Translations under genes and position numbers: made by a program
Shown: piece after piece, positions 13,256 through 24,607 of the stretch
How the letters are laid out: each line of letters begins with the position of its first letter
Position numbering within the stretch: position 1 is the stretch's first letter
Notes under the pieces: model-generated
What the model was told of the DNA's origin: nothing
Database searches by the model: none
What the model saw: the letters and a program-made list of their open reading frames with translations, nothing else
From: Carcharhinus amblyrhynchos
Lineage: Eukaryota
Direction: 5' to 3'
Assembly: GCA_965287045.1 (NCBI GenBank)
Contig: OZ336885.1
Coordinates: 60,636,001-60,700,000 of the forward strand
DNA length: 64,000 nt

Positions 13256-14098
13256 CTGTAATTAAATAACAAAAGTCTCAGAAGTATTTAGTGATCTATT
13301 ATTCCTCACTCTGTCTTACGCCTCCAGCTAGATATGGATAATTTGGAGTTCTGGGGCGGTGCCCTCGTCGACTTTGCACCTTGCCCAACTTTACATTTCT
13401 ATAGACTTAAAAGAGAAAAGAACGTGTTGAAAGAAGCATGTAAGCTTACGACACCAACTGAAATAATCACATGAATAAAAAAAAGGCCATTTGCAACAAG
13501 CAGATGATGGAGATGGCAGGGAGATGCTTATATTGATAAAGGAGTTTGGATGCTTAAAACGGTTATCAAGTGCTGCGAATGGAGAACTATTGCAAAGTAA
13601 TCCTCAGTGTACTAAAAATTCCTCTGACAACCTATTTGGTATTGTCAGTCGCACGCACAGTACAGCGTCTTCGCGTATACAGGAATTGGCTTATACTCGT
13701 ACACAGGGCGATATTATTTGCAGATAGAAATAAAGTATGCATTTTGCGGCTGTTTTCGCGGAACAAAATAATTGATAATCATTTGCTATTTCGTTCTTCA
13801 GGAGATAATTCTTTCACTAAATAGCATTAAATTGCCTAGTTTAAGTTTTCAAATAATTATTGATAATTAACTGTCAGCAACTATTGTTCCGAATTTCATA
13901 GCAATGTATGCAGCAACTCGTATCAGACTGTAAACCAATCAGCACTTCGTCTGGTACCGTGGGAAGTCATTGTTTCCCCTGGTATTCATGCGATTGTCCA
14001 GTTAATTGCAAGACACAAAGGTTCGACAAAATGTAATTTTTTTCTAAAATACACAGGAAGAAGATTAATATCTCAACACTAAAATCAACCCCCCACAA

Positions 14099-14422
14099 GG
14101 GACGGCACGGTGGCGCAATGGCTGTTACCGTTGCCTCATAATTCCTGGAACCTGGGGTTGATTCCCGAATAGTGTCATTGTCTGTTTGCACATTCTCCCC
14201 GTGTCTGCGTGGGTTTCCTCTTGGTGTTCCCATGGTCCAAAGATGTGCGTGTTAGGTTGAATGGCCATGCTAAATTGCCCCTTGATGTCCGAGGATGTGC
14301 AGGTTAGATGGACTAGCGGGGTAAATATGTAGGGTTGTGGGGATAAGGCTTGGGGTGGGATTTCTGTTGGTGCAGACTCAATGAGATGAATTACCTCCTT
14401 TTGCACTGCAGGGATTCTATGG
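14099..14422 (+). mobile_element. HE1-type tRNA-derived SINE
   Basis: ggcacggtggcgcaatgg head, B-box-like ggttgattcc, core tgcacattctccccgtgtctgcgtgggtttcc, tail gggattctat. Confidence 0.9.
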
Positions 14423-14589
14423 ACGCTATGAATTCTATCCATATGCAACACATCAACAATTTGGAATACATTCAAATATTCAGTTGAATTTCAGGATCAA
14501 ATATTCACGGGATCAAGTAAAATCAACTATGTTAGACTCAAATGTTTCCCTTACTGCATTCGATCATAGTTGGTACCACGGCTGGTAAA

Positions 14590-16290
14590 ACAAGCTGAAA
14601 AGTGTACGATTCTGGAACCAAAACAGGTAGCTTGGGAGAGAAAAACGGATACTACAAGTAAAACAGCTAGCTGTGCAACAGCTCAAGGTTGATACAGAAA
14701 AACAATTGAAGGAGTTAAAGTGGGCGTTTTGGCGATGGAAGAAAACTCACGAGAGAGTCAGAAATATGCTGTTCACCGTGACATGAAAATAAAATTAAGC
14801 AATCAGTCCACGGAAAGACCATGGGCAGAATGGGAGCCAGTTCTGCTTAAGAATCAACACCGTAACGGATGTTCCTAACATCTCGTTAAACGTGATGCTA
14901 TTGCTCATACAGTCCAGGGCTATTACGAGCACGCTGTGACCGTTTCCACGTATGATCTACGTGACGGTTATGGAAACAATCGTACTGATAAATCCAACAA
15001 CGGTGCTGGTCACAACGTTCGTGCAGTTATGGCCTTCGAATGTGATAAATATGTGCTCACGTCAGTATTCCGTGTGCACATGCTATCGATTTGGAAGTAA
15101 CAATATACCGTCCCTTGCGCACTTCCTGGAATATAATTTGTGTCCTATGTTCACGAAGAGAGATAAATCATGCCCTAAAACATATCTATTTCTTTTTGTC
15201 CGGTTCATACGGAATTTACTGATTGGATTCTTCTCAATAGTTTACTTCATGTGGCTGAGACAATTATTCCAGAAACACTGTCTCCCTTTATACTTTCCAG
15301 CTGATTATCCCCCAATGGTGCTTGGTGGTCATGGGAATGCAGGGAACATATCTGGAGAAAATATTAGGATCAGTTCATCCTTGCCAAAGCATGGGAAAAT
15401 GAATAGTTCATGAGATCCTGTGGATTTTGCTCCGAAGATTTGAAACTGACAACTTCGACATCTACAGCTGTCTCAAGAAAGGCTGTGTGATTGTATTCAC
15501 AATGCACCCGACGTTGACGACACCTCTCATCAAATATCAATTGCCCACTGGTGTATTGTGCACTGTCTAGATAGGAAACCTCTACCCTCACTCGCCTCCG
15601 TACCAAACTAAACTAGCCGTGGAACATCATACATGGCCTAGATATTACAAGTGATTGTAATGTTGTCAGCCCTGCATCTGGGATGCAAACTACTCTCAAT
15701 TTCTTCAATTTTGCCTTCAGTTGACTCGGCCTGTCGCTGAATACTGTCAAATACAAATGCATAGGTCAAACCCCACACAGTCAGCAAAATATTCAAACTC
15801 TCAGAGAAGTTTTCGAATGTTTTCTCCCCTCTGTGAGAAGAGCGCAAGTAAGCACAAACATTTTGGAGTTTGGTATAAAACTTCCCAAGAAATATTTGTC
15901 AGTCAAAGTGCTGTGACTGCTGGACTGTTGAACTCATTGCGCCGTGAGAGACGTTTCACCGCCCTGCTGCAGCAGTGCATGAGTTCCTAAAGTCTTCGTT
16001 AGGATATTCGTCAATATGTCGATCGCTGTCATGCAGGACCCATCCTTGAAGTGTACAGGGGGAAAACCATTCGGGAAACCCTAATATTGTTGCTTCCATC
16101 TAACCGTGCAGCCTCCTTGAATAGCTGGCCATTGCATATTGAATGGCGGAATGTCCGTGCAATTGATCTCTTTCTCTGCTCAGTGGGGGTTTGTTGGCTG
16201 CAAATGTGAAATCGTTTTCACCGTATTTTGTGGCAAAGCAGAGTTGAAACTCGATCCTTGAGCACATTAAACATAAATGTCTCAATATCG
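14590..16290 (+). mobile_element. Highly degenerate RTE-clade LINE ORF
   Basis: KKGCVI (cf. KQGCVL), ggaaacctc...ctccgtaccaaactaaa (cf. GNLFNLRRLRTKTK), DCNVVSPASGMQTTLNFF...LGLSLNTVK (cf. ADDCAL...FGLTINTKK); boundaries approximate. Confidence 0.65.
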
Positions 16291-16470
16291 AATCTAACAT
16301 GTTGTTCAATCCTTTGAGGATAACAATGGCGGTCACCAACATGCACTGATAAACAACCAGAAATGAGATCACGGACGAATCTCCGATGAATTGCTGGAGT
16401 AATCATGAGCAATAAAAATTCAACACCACGATAAAATTCAGGTTGCAGAAAATGATTGTCACATGCTTGC

Positions 16471-16704
16471 CCCACTCGCCGTCCTTTCCAGCATAAGGTC
16501 TGTGATGACCTCTCTGCACAGGGACGACCTTCAAACACACTGCTATTCTCACACTATTAGATAAATGAGCTGCGATCTGTAGGCTTAATTGCTTGGACTG
16601 AGTCTTCCTCATTTAGTGAGCTTGTTGTGCATCCCTTTGTGACCTTCTCTTGCGCCACCCCGTCCTTCTCGAGCATGTCGTTATGGCTTTGACACTGATT
16701 ACAG
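16471..16704 (-). pseudogene. Degenerate linker-type exon with tandem stops (TAA TAG at 16554-16559) and a GC donor
   Basis: SHNDMLEKDGV...CTTSSLNEEDSV aligns with ISNDLLAVSGV...YTTEILSSEDS(V) at 56116; end gagtggg|gcaagc matches gagtggg|gtaaga at 10199. Confidence 0.5.
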
Positions 16705-16974
16705 CTGCCCGTTGAGAAAAATCTGTCCTTCCCCGAAGCTTCATCTTACTGGAGGAATGAAGGCTGATGGTCGATTCCTATGGCATTTGCATTTACTACT
16801 CTACAGTGGCCCTTGCACCACGCTTATCCACCACACAAATTGCTAGCGTCGATCTGCTTCTTCGGCAGTAAGCACATTAGCACTGGGCACTACTTCCACT
16901 TTTACCACTGTATTTGCCAAAGCCTCACATGGGAATGTCCCCTGACAATGCTCACATCACTTATGTTTCTTTGA

Positions 16975-17605
16975 ATTAATTTGATTTGATTTATTATTGT
17001 CATCTGTATCAGTATGCAGTGAAAAGTATTGTTTCTTGCGCACTATATAGACAAAACATAGCGTTCATAGAGAAGAAAAGGAGAGATTGCAGAATGTAGA
17101 GTTATAGTTTTCGAGAAAGATCAACGTAGTGCGTGGTAGGTCCATTCAACAGTCTCAGGACAACAGGAAACAACCTGTTCTTGAGCCTTTTGATACCCGA
17201 CCTCAGATTTCTATATCTTTTTCCCGACGGGAGAAGGTGGAAGGGTACGTGGGATCCGGGATTATGCTGCCTCATTTTCTAAGGCTGCGGGAAATGTCGG
17301 CAAGATGAATGGATAGGAAGCTGGTTTCGGGGATGGATTGGGTTATAGTCATGACATCTTGTAGTTTATTGCGGTCTTGGGTAGAACAGGAGCCACACCA
17401 AGTTGTGATACAGCCAGAACAATGTATTCTATGCTATATCTGAAAAGGCTGGTGAGAGTGTCAGTTGACATGCCCAATTCCTTAGTCTTCTAAGCAAGTG
17501 GAAGCATTAGTGGGCATTCTTATGGGGCGTCTCGGCATGAGGGTGACCAGGATAGGTTGTTGATGATCTGGACATCTAAAAACTGAAGCTGTCGGCCAAT
17601 TCTAA
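16975..17605 (-). mobile_element. Rex1/Babar LINE 3' fragment
   Basis: (atttg)n tail; homologous to 57380-58800 and 51690-52195. Confidence 0.8.
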
Positions 17606-17609
17606 CTTA

Positions 17610-18185
17610 TGCTGCATTTTTGGGATATTACAGGAAGGATCTATTGTAATTATCTGCTTTGACATGTATCATAGGAAGGATGATACTGTATTGGGCTGCA
17701 GAGGAGCGTTTCCAGAATGCTACCTTAAACGGAGCATTCTTGTTCCGAAGGGAGGTTGCAAAATCATGGTTTATTTTCGTTGGAGCAGATAGGACAGGGG
17801 GTGCGTCATCATCGAACTATGCAAGGCTATGAGGAACATGATAGCGTGCGTATGGAGCAGTTTTCCTTTCTGCTGAACGTTGTCACGAGGGGACACAAGT
17901 TCAATGCAAGAGTCAGAAGGTCAAAGGAGGAGAGGACTGAGGAAAACCTTTTGATCGAATGGGTGGAGGCGGTTTATAATATGCTGTTTGTGAGGCCGGG
18001 TTTCTTCCCAATTTATAAGGTACCTGAAGAACTATTTGGCACGTCACAACATTCAAGGTTATGGCGAATCGCTGGTAATTGGTATCAGGTGAGTTGGCCA
18101 GATGGTTCTCGCCTGTCTATGCAGACCCGACTTGCCGAAGGGCCTCTAGTGCATTGTGAGCATTTGAAAATCTATGGTATCTCCT
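17610..18185 (+). mobile_element. Old CR1 3' fragment
   Basis: GLFSLEQ...TRGHKF motifs. Confidence 0.75.
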
Positions 18186-18439
18186 GTTTCTAATCTGGGC
18201 TGACTTCTGTCTTGCTCATAACCTTTCATCCCGTGAGTCTTGGAAACATAAATATTTGCTTGCCGATGTGCACAAATGGGAATATCTTGATGAACTTCAG
18301 AGCCACGTGCCTTTTAGGATATTGAGGCTGTCATGTGCATGTATGGCGACGTCTGCCAAGCCCGCCTTTCAGTTCACCACCAAGATTCATCCTTAAAAAG
18401 TAGGATTTGCATTCTAACATCCTCCAATATAATATTTTC

Positions 18440-18818
18440 CTACATTGTTGTTAGGTACAAATAGATAGAATGCAAGCAGGCTTTTTCCATTGAGGTTAGG
18501 GTAGAAAAGAAAAACCTAGAGGGCACGGGTTAAGGATCAAGGGCGAAACGTTTAACGGGATTATTGCGGGGTGTGTGTGGTGGGGGGGCGGGGTTCTTCA
18601 CACAGAGAGTGGTGGGAGAGTGTGGAATGAGCTGCCAGATGAAGTGGTGAATGCGGGCTCACTTTTAACATTGGGCAGGTACATGGATGAGACGGGTGTG
18701 GTGGAATATGGTCCAGGTGCAAGTCAGTGGCACTAGGCAGAAAAATGGTTCGGCACAGCCAAGAAGGGCCAAAAGGCCTGTTTCTGTGCTGCAATGTTCT
18801 GTGGTTCTATGGTTCTAA
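18440..18818 (+). mobile_element. CR1 3' end
   Basis: TRGH/FFTQRVV-like region and gttctatggttcta tail. Confidence 0.85.
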
Positions 18819-19149
18819 TGTTATTCCTGGCTCATTTCCAATTTCGTTGTAACGTTCACTCCATTGGTTCCTTTGCAGACACATTTGGAGGAGCAAAGTT
18901 AATATATTCAATGAAGACCTAAAGGGAGTGCATACAAGACAGCCCAGAACATTTAAAATTGATTTTCTAAAGGAATTTCCTGCAATTAATGTTATACACA
19001 AGGTTACAACCTTTGCCGAGCATATTTGCCTGAAATTTATTGAGACTCATTTATTCAAGACTAAAGACTGAAACTCAATTACACTCAGCCTGCTTTAAGT
19101 CAGGGAAATACGGCAGAAATACCCACTCCCAAAGGGATCCTGCAAGGTT

Positions 19150-19152
<3 letters not shown>

Positions 19153-19182
<30 letters not shown>
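19153..19182 (+). repeat. (AC)15 microsatellite
   Basis: Perfect run. Confidence 0.95.
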
Positions 19183-19185
<3 letters not shown>

Positions 19186-19467
19186 GGAATACAAAATTAT
19201 ACACGAATACATCAATATACTTATCAATAAATGTTTTTTCCAAAGATCTTACCTCCATCCATGCAGGACAGACAGATTAAGGATCATGATATTTAAGTGT
19301 GAAGTTGCCAACATGGCACATGCTTGTCCTAAAAATGTATTCACACGTTTATAAGATGTTGATGATTTGAAAAGTGTAACCAATTTTACAAACAACAGGA
19401 ACGATATTTTATCGTTCATTTTTTTCGAGTTTCAATACTTTCAAGTAGGTGTTTCTTGCATACTTAC

Positions 19468-19494
19468 CTTTCTCTTTCTGAGTTAGCTCTTTGT
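19468..19494 (-). CDS. 27-nt micro-exon, (D)KELTQKEK
   Basis: aacgttttag|ACAAAGAGCTAACTCAGAAAGAGAAAG|gtaagt. Confidence 0.8.
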
Positions 19495-20095
19495 CTAAAA
19501 CGTTGGAAGGTTTACATTGCCAATTAATGCCAGTGGGGACAAGAAGATAACTGAGGTATGCAAAAAGAATTTAGAAACACTTCGTTTTGGAAAAAAAAAC
19601 TACATTACTGGAGCCGTGTTAATAAAATTGGTCAAGGTAACATATAACCGAAATAAGAAACACGAGTGCAATCTCTAAGGAATGTTTCCTAACATTTAGC
19701 GATGGAGTCAAGTAGATGAAATCGCCTCCAAAACCAATTATAGCTACTGAATAAATCTTTCTGCATAAAATATGCCTTTCACCACCTTTTTTGCTTCCAT
19801 TCACTTAAAGGGATTTTTTTTAAAATTCACAGATGAACCAATCTCCATCACTTTTGCTACATTGCACTCGACATTTAGAATTGAAACAGACGTAAGAATG
19901 AAATAAGCAATGAGCCATGATGCTTACGTACTTGATCACCCATTGTAACTTCCTGAATATGATCGCCGAATGATGAATCAAACTAAGTAATTAATGAGGG
20001 CAAACGATCGCCGCTTCATTTTCACAGCCGATGGTGAATAATAAAAATACCCTATTTACATTTGGGTGCAGAATGACAAACTGATGTCTATTTAC

Positions 20096-20131
20096 CTACG
20101 TCTTGCAGACTCTTCTTTAAAGTCTCTATCT
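20096..20131 (-). CDS. 36-nt micro-exon, (E)IETLKKSLQDV
   Basis: aatttgttgcag|AGATAGAGACTTTAAAGAAGAGTCTGCAAGACGTAG|gtaaat. Confidence 0.8.
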
Positions 20132-20353
20132 CTGCAACAAATTTGTAAAACACTAAATGAGCTGACATGTTGCAAGCCTTGAATTGCATTTTGATGCGAG
20201 TTGACCTTTAACAATGGGCATTCATGCCACCCAAAATGGTAATCTGTAAAAAACATCGGGACACCCGACTTTAACTCACATTGTGATTCAGGGAAATTAT
20301 TTTCTCAAGTTCTCAGCATAAACAGCCTTATGTCTGCATGATATGAACTTTAC

Positions 20354-20374
20354 CTTTATTTGGCCATGTTATGT
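20354..20374 (-). CDS. 21-nt phase-1 micro-exon, xITWPNK
   Basis: ctgcag|ACATAACATGGCCAAATAAAG|gtaaag; weak pyrimidine tract. Confidence 0.35.
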
Positions 20375-21049
20375 CTGCAGCCCCAAGCTCGGGTGAGAGA
20401 CTGGTAAGGTTTACAAATTATATACAAAAAAAACCCAATTTGCCAAATAAGCGTAGCTCCCCCAACGCTGAGATAACTCCACGTTATTAGGAGAAAACAT
20501 CATTCGCTGAACACTTACTGCTTCACCTACGACATTGCTCCACTCCTGGCACACAGTGGTAGCAGTATGTGCCATCTGCAAGATGTACTGCAGTAGCAAC
20601 CCAAAAATCATTGGACAACATCTGTATCAACACAATGAACATGATCGCAGGGCTTGTCGAAATTGTGGAATTAACTTCGTTTTCCCTTTACAACCCCGCT
20701 CTTGTACATCACACGATTGCTTTTAGACACCAAACAAATGTAGATATCACATGGGGCCAAATGAATTATGTTTGCATTACCTGACGTAACCATGACAATT
20801 ATGAGCAATCGTGCACACCAATTAACCTTTTTTTATCACTTTCGCAAATATTATTTTTGTTGTGATTCAGTGACCTCGAATGAAACTACACGACACGGTT
20901 AGAAATTACACTAAGAGGATGTAATGTCTAGTTCGTTTAATATGTTCCAGTTGGAGTACACATTCATTTCTGGGCAGTGACGTAATTGTTAAATGGTTCT
21001 AAGTCAGTATGCCTTCAGGTTCGCAAGAGAGGTTTTATTTATAGTGATG

Positions 21050-21622
21050 TTCACAGGAGCCTGCCTTTCTTAAACGCCTAGGTGCTAGGGTGTACTGGAT
21101 GTCAGGGAGAGGTAGTATTTCCGGTGGGAGAACATGTAGCGCCCTTTTCAGGGCTGTTTGTCCATCCTTTGTCCCCACCTGGCACTCAGCTCTCACCTGT
21201 GGCTCCCTGTAGCTGTTTGCATGTGACAGCGGCCACACCCTGGGCAACGGCTTCGAGAAGCTGGCTAAACCAAGTGAGAGTAGCCGACGGGTCTCAACCC
21301 TCCGTGAGACAGGGAGATGCCTATCCCAGCATGTGAAGACAGACTCCAATGGATTGAGCGGACGGGACGAATGGAAGATCCAACGGTCAGGAAGGCGGTT
21401 CTGTGCAAGCATTGTGGAACGCAAAGAGCAGGACAAGGTACAGAAGATGTCCTGGTCATCCATTGCGTCTCGTGCGATCTCCAGCCATCTTGACTCTTGT
21501 CTTGCCAGTGGATCCAGATGGGATTTGGGAAGAGAGAGAGAGGCTGATGCTGCACAACTCTCCCTCACTTTAATCCAAATCAAATGCTAGTCTTAACACC
21601 ACCATCATCATCATCATCGTCG
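21050..21622 (+). mobile_element. Non-autonomous RTE-derived element with (CAT)n tail
   Basis: GC/CpG-rich 570-bp block ending caccatcatcatcatcatc; motifs ctctcacctgtggctcc, cagcggccacacc, ggctaaacca, agcatgtgaagac recalled from RTE 5'UTR-derived SINE-like elements. Confidence 0.6.
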
Positions 21623-21627
21623 TCCTG

Positions 21628-22490
21628 TTCAACTGAAGGATGTGGACAGATTAGGAGAGTGGGCAAATAAGTGGCAGATGGAATACAATGTGGAAAAGTG
21701 TGAGGTTATGCATTGTGGAAGGAGGAATCGAAGCGCAGGCTATTTTCTAAATGGGGAATTGCTAACGAAATCAGACGCACAAAGAGATTTGGGTGTCCTT
21801 ATTCAAGATTCCTTTTACCTTGACGTGCAAGTTCAGCCAACAGTTAGGAAGGCAAGTGCAATGGCCGCATTCATGATCGGAGGGTTCCGATAGAAGAGCA
21901 ATGATGTACTTCTAAAACTGTATAAGGCTCAGGTGAGAACCCATTTGGAGTACTGCGAGTTAGGCCCCACATGTTGGGAAGGATGTGATGGCCTTGGAAA
22001 GGATCCAGAGGAGGTTTACAAGAAGGATCCCTGGAATGAAGAGTTTGTCATATGAGGAACGGTTGAGGATTCTGGGTCTGTACTCGTTGGAATTTAGAAG
22101 GATGAGGGGGGATCTTATTGAAACTTACAGGATAATGCGAGGCCTGGATGGAGTGGACGTGGAGTGCATGCTTCCGCTGGTAGGGAGAAAAAAGGTCCTG
22201 ATGGCCTAACCTCAGACTAAAGGGACGATCCTTTAAACGAGAGATGATGAGAAATTTATTAAGCCAGAGAGTGGTGAATATGCGGAACTCTGCCGCAGAA
22301 GGCTGTGGAGGCCAGGTGATTAAATGTCTTTAAGACAGGGATAGATAGGTTCTTGATGAATAAGGGGATTGGGGTTATGCAGAAAAGGCAGTAGAATGAG
22401 GATGGGAAAAATATCAGCCATGATTGAATGGTGGAGCAGACTCGATGGGTCGAGGGGCCTAATTGTGCTGAATATCTTGTGGTCTTATAT
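21628..22490 (+). mobile_element. CR1 LINE 3' fragment
   Basis: DRLGEWANKWQMEYNVEKCEVMH; ALERIQRRFTRRIPG...GDLIETY. Confidence 0.93.
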
Positions 22491-22625
22491 CTGAAAGGTA
22501 TTGAGAAATCTTTCTGTGGTGTAAATGTTGCATGATACGGATGCATTCAACCACGCGTATAACATGAAATATGAAACCTCACTCTCCACATGAAATTTAA
22601 AGTGCTGCCAGGGTTGTGGATGGAA

Positions 22626-22730
22626 CCGTGTGGGTTGTGTATGTGTGTGTGCGTGTGTGTATGGTGGGGGGTGGGGGGCGGGGGGAGGGGGTGGGGGCGG
22701 TGGGGCTGTTTGACGGTGGTGGGGGGGGGA
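22626..22730 (+). repeat. GT/G-rich low-complexity tract, G-quadruplex prone
   Basis: Multiple runs of four or more G. Confidence 0.8.
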
Positions 22731-22874
22731 GTCAGCGAAGATAATGCTGCTGAATGTGAATGTCAGTTTTGATTCACTATTGTCAACATTGTCTTTTCTG
22801 AATTTTGCGCGGCGGGGTTCACCTTTACCACTTATCAAATCAAGTGCTGATCTTGGTCACATGTTGTTGCTTAC

Positions 22875-23014
22875 CGGCATCGAATGTTTTGGAATGTTGA
22901 ACTGAACTTGTCAATTCGCCATCATCAGTGAAATTTGCATTTACCAGTAGGGGAGTCTCCCCTAACCTTAATTAATGACCATTTGAGCATGCAATGCGTC
23001 CCAACTCCGCATTC
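22875..23014 (-). pseudogene. Degenerate linker-type exon (140 nt)
   Basis: ctgacag acceptor, gccg|gtaagc donor; 3' frame PLLVNANFTDDGELTSSVQHSKTFDA resembles SLLTNAN in 10199-10370; frame broken. Confidence 0.4.
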
Positions 23015-23874
23015 CTGTCAGTTGTTAGTGCAGACGTTTTGTTTTTACTACTCGCTTTTCGAATATGATAATTTTATGGATTTTTTTTACCATTCTCGTG
23101 ACTCGTCACAATTTAGAAACATACGCTCTATCAATCTTATTTTGCAAGCAAAACAGCTAATGAATTTACACTTAAAATTTTGTATTCCATATAAGGCATG
23201 GCCGGGCTACGCAAATCTCCTCTCGCTCAGTTCGTTTAATGCCTGGTAACATATTGTGACCTATGGTCCAATCTTCCAATGGGAAATAAATCACTTCTTG
23301 ATTGGGGGAAATGAAGCAACACACAGAGCTATCTACCTTCACATTTATATTCTAAACATTCAGAATAACCTTCCAGCGATTTCCAAATTTTCTTGGCACC
23401 CGAAGATAATGTGTGAGCGTATCACGATTTGGAACTCCTCCCATCTGTCATCATTATGCAATATGGATGACTGAGCATTGTCCTGCCTGGAAAGCTGACT
23501 CTCGCAGTTATGATTACTCACTTACTCCATTTTATCTATTTTATCATATTATTCATTTACCAAATTTTCCCTTTGCTGCATTAATACTTGTGTTATCAGC
23601 AAACGTAAACCTTTACTGTGCTTTTTGAACCGTTAATTGCTACTGAGCACAGCCGAAGTCGTAGAACCATTATACATTTCACTTTGTAATATGTTTTGTA
23701 CAAGGTATTAATCGTCTTACTTCTTCAAGGATTTGTCTTAGATTTGATGACTTTTGACTTTCTATATTCATCTCTTACATTCATCTTTATCAAAGGTATT
23801 TTGGCAGTCCTTTTCGGAAGCAGGCCTGTTGCATATTTCTCACCGTAAGCTAACTCTGGACATTCTATTTGTAC

Positions 23875-23899
23875 CTATTGTCCCCCTTAAGAGTTCAAA
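23875..23899 (-). CDS. 25-nt micro-exon, FELLRGTI
   Basis: cttgtgcag|TTTGAACTCTTAAGGGGGACAATAG|gtacaa; paralog of 40063-40086. Confidence 0.4.
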
Positions 23900-24580
23900 C
23901 TGCACAAGTACTTATTTATCGTACACTTAATGATTAAGTCTTTTTATCTTTCAAAAGAGATGCTAGATTGGCCGAAGTTTTCTAAAATAACATAAATTTA
24001 TATTCAATTCTCTGCTCAAAAATTGCCGAATATGAAAAATATACATGATTATGATAAACGCATTTGAAATAATAAATAGGAACAGCTTGGATGTAGGCAA
24101 TTGCCCCAATTTTAAAGTGTTAATTTCCTCTAATATAGTTACTCTCAGTTAAGATAGTGTAAGTATTATGCAGTAATTGATTCCTCGTTAAGCTTAAAGG
24201 AATGTCCGAAATCATCGTTGTCTCCATAAGTGACACACAATTAATTTTCAACCGCAAAGCTGGTTTATTCGTATTGTTATTTTATTTTAGAATATTGTCC
24301 GGAGTCGGTTCAGTGTTCAAGTTATTATATTTTTATCTATTAAAGTTGCAGGAACGTAAGTGACAATCTTTACATTTCCGGCAGTTTTCTAAACTCATCC
24401 TGCCTTTCTGCCGTTACTTAATCGTCCTCCTATATATGATTGTTTCACGGTTATGCACTGCATTTTTCTGAATGCCCTTCATTTACAAAGTAATGTTTTT
24501 GCTTAACCAGTTTTTACAATATTTCAAAGGGCAGTCAAACAAAACACAAAACCGATTTCGAAATGATTTATTTCACTCAC

Positions 24581-24607
24581 CCTTCAGTTTCTGATTGAAC
24601 GTCACTT
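24581..24607 (-). CDS. 27-nt micro-exon, (E)VTFNQKLK
   Basis: ttctttgaacag|AAGTGACGTTCAATCAGAAACTGAAGG|gtgagt. Confidence 0.7.

Noticed and set aside
13320-13405. 86-nt candidate exon with good splice sites
   Set aside because: Frame ambiguous and only 64 nt from the 13220 exon; not listed without transcript data.
13450-13457. 8-nt micro-exon cag|TTGGTGTC|gtaagc
   Set aside because: Only 44-51 nt from the next candidate acceptor, too short for a normal vertebrate intron; unresolved.
14099-14170. tRNA gene
   Set aside because: tRNA-derived SINE head continuing into SINE body; the same applies at 54750 and 58022.
14952-16538. Several ORFs suggesting a gene or viral insertion
   Set aside because: Mostly explained by off-frame reading of a degenerate RTE LINE and the adjacent linker pseudo-exon.
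21035-21590. Overlapping ORFs up to 182 aa
   Set aside because: Chance open frames in a GC-rich repeat; no recognisable domain.
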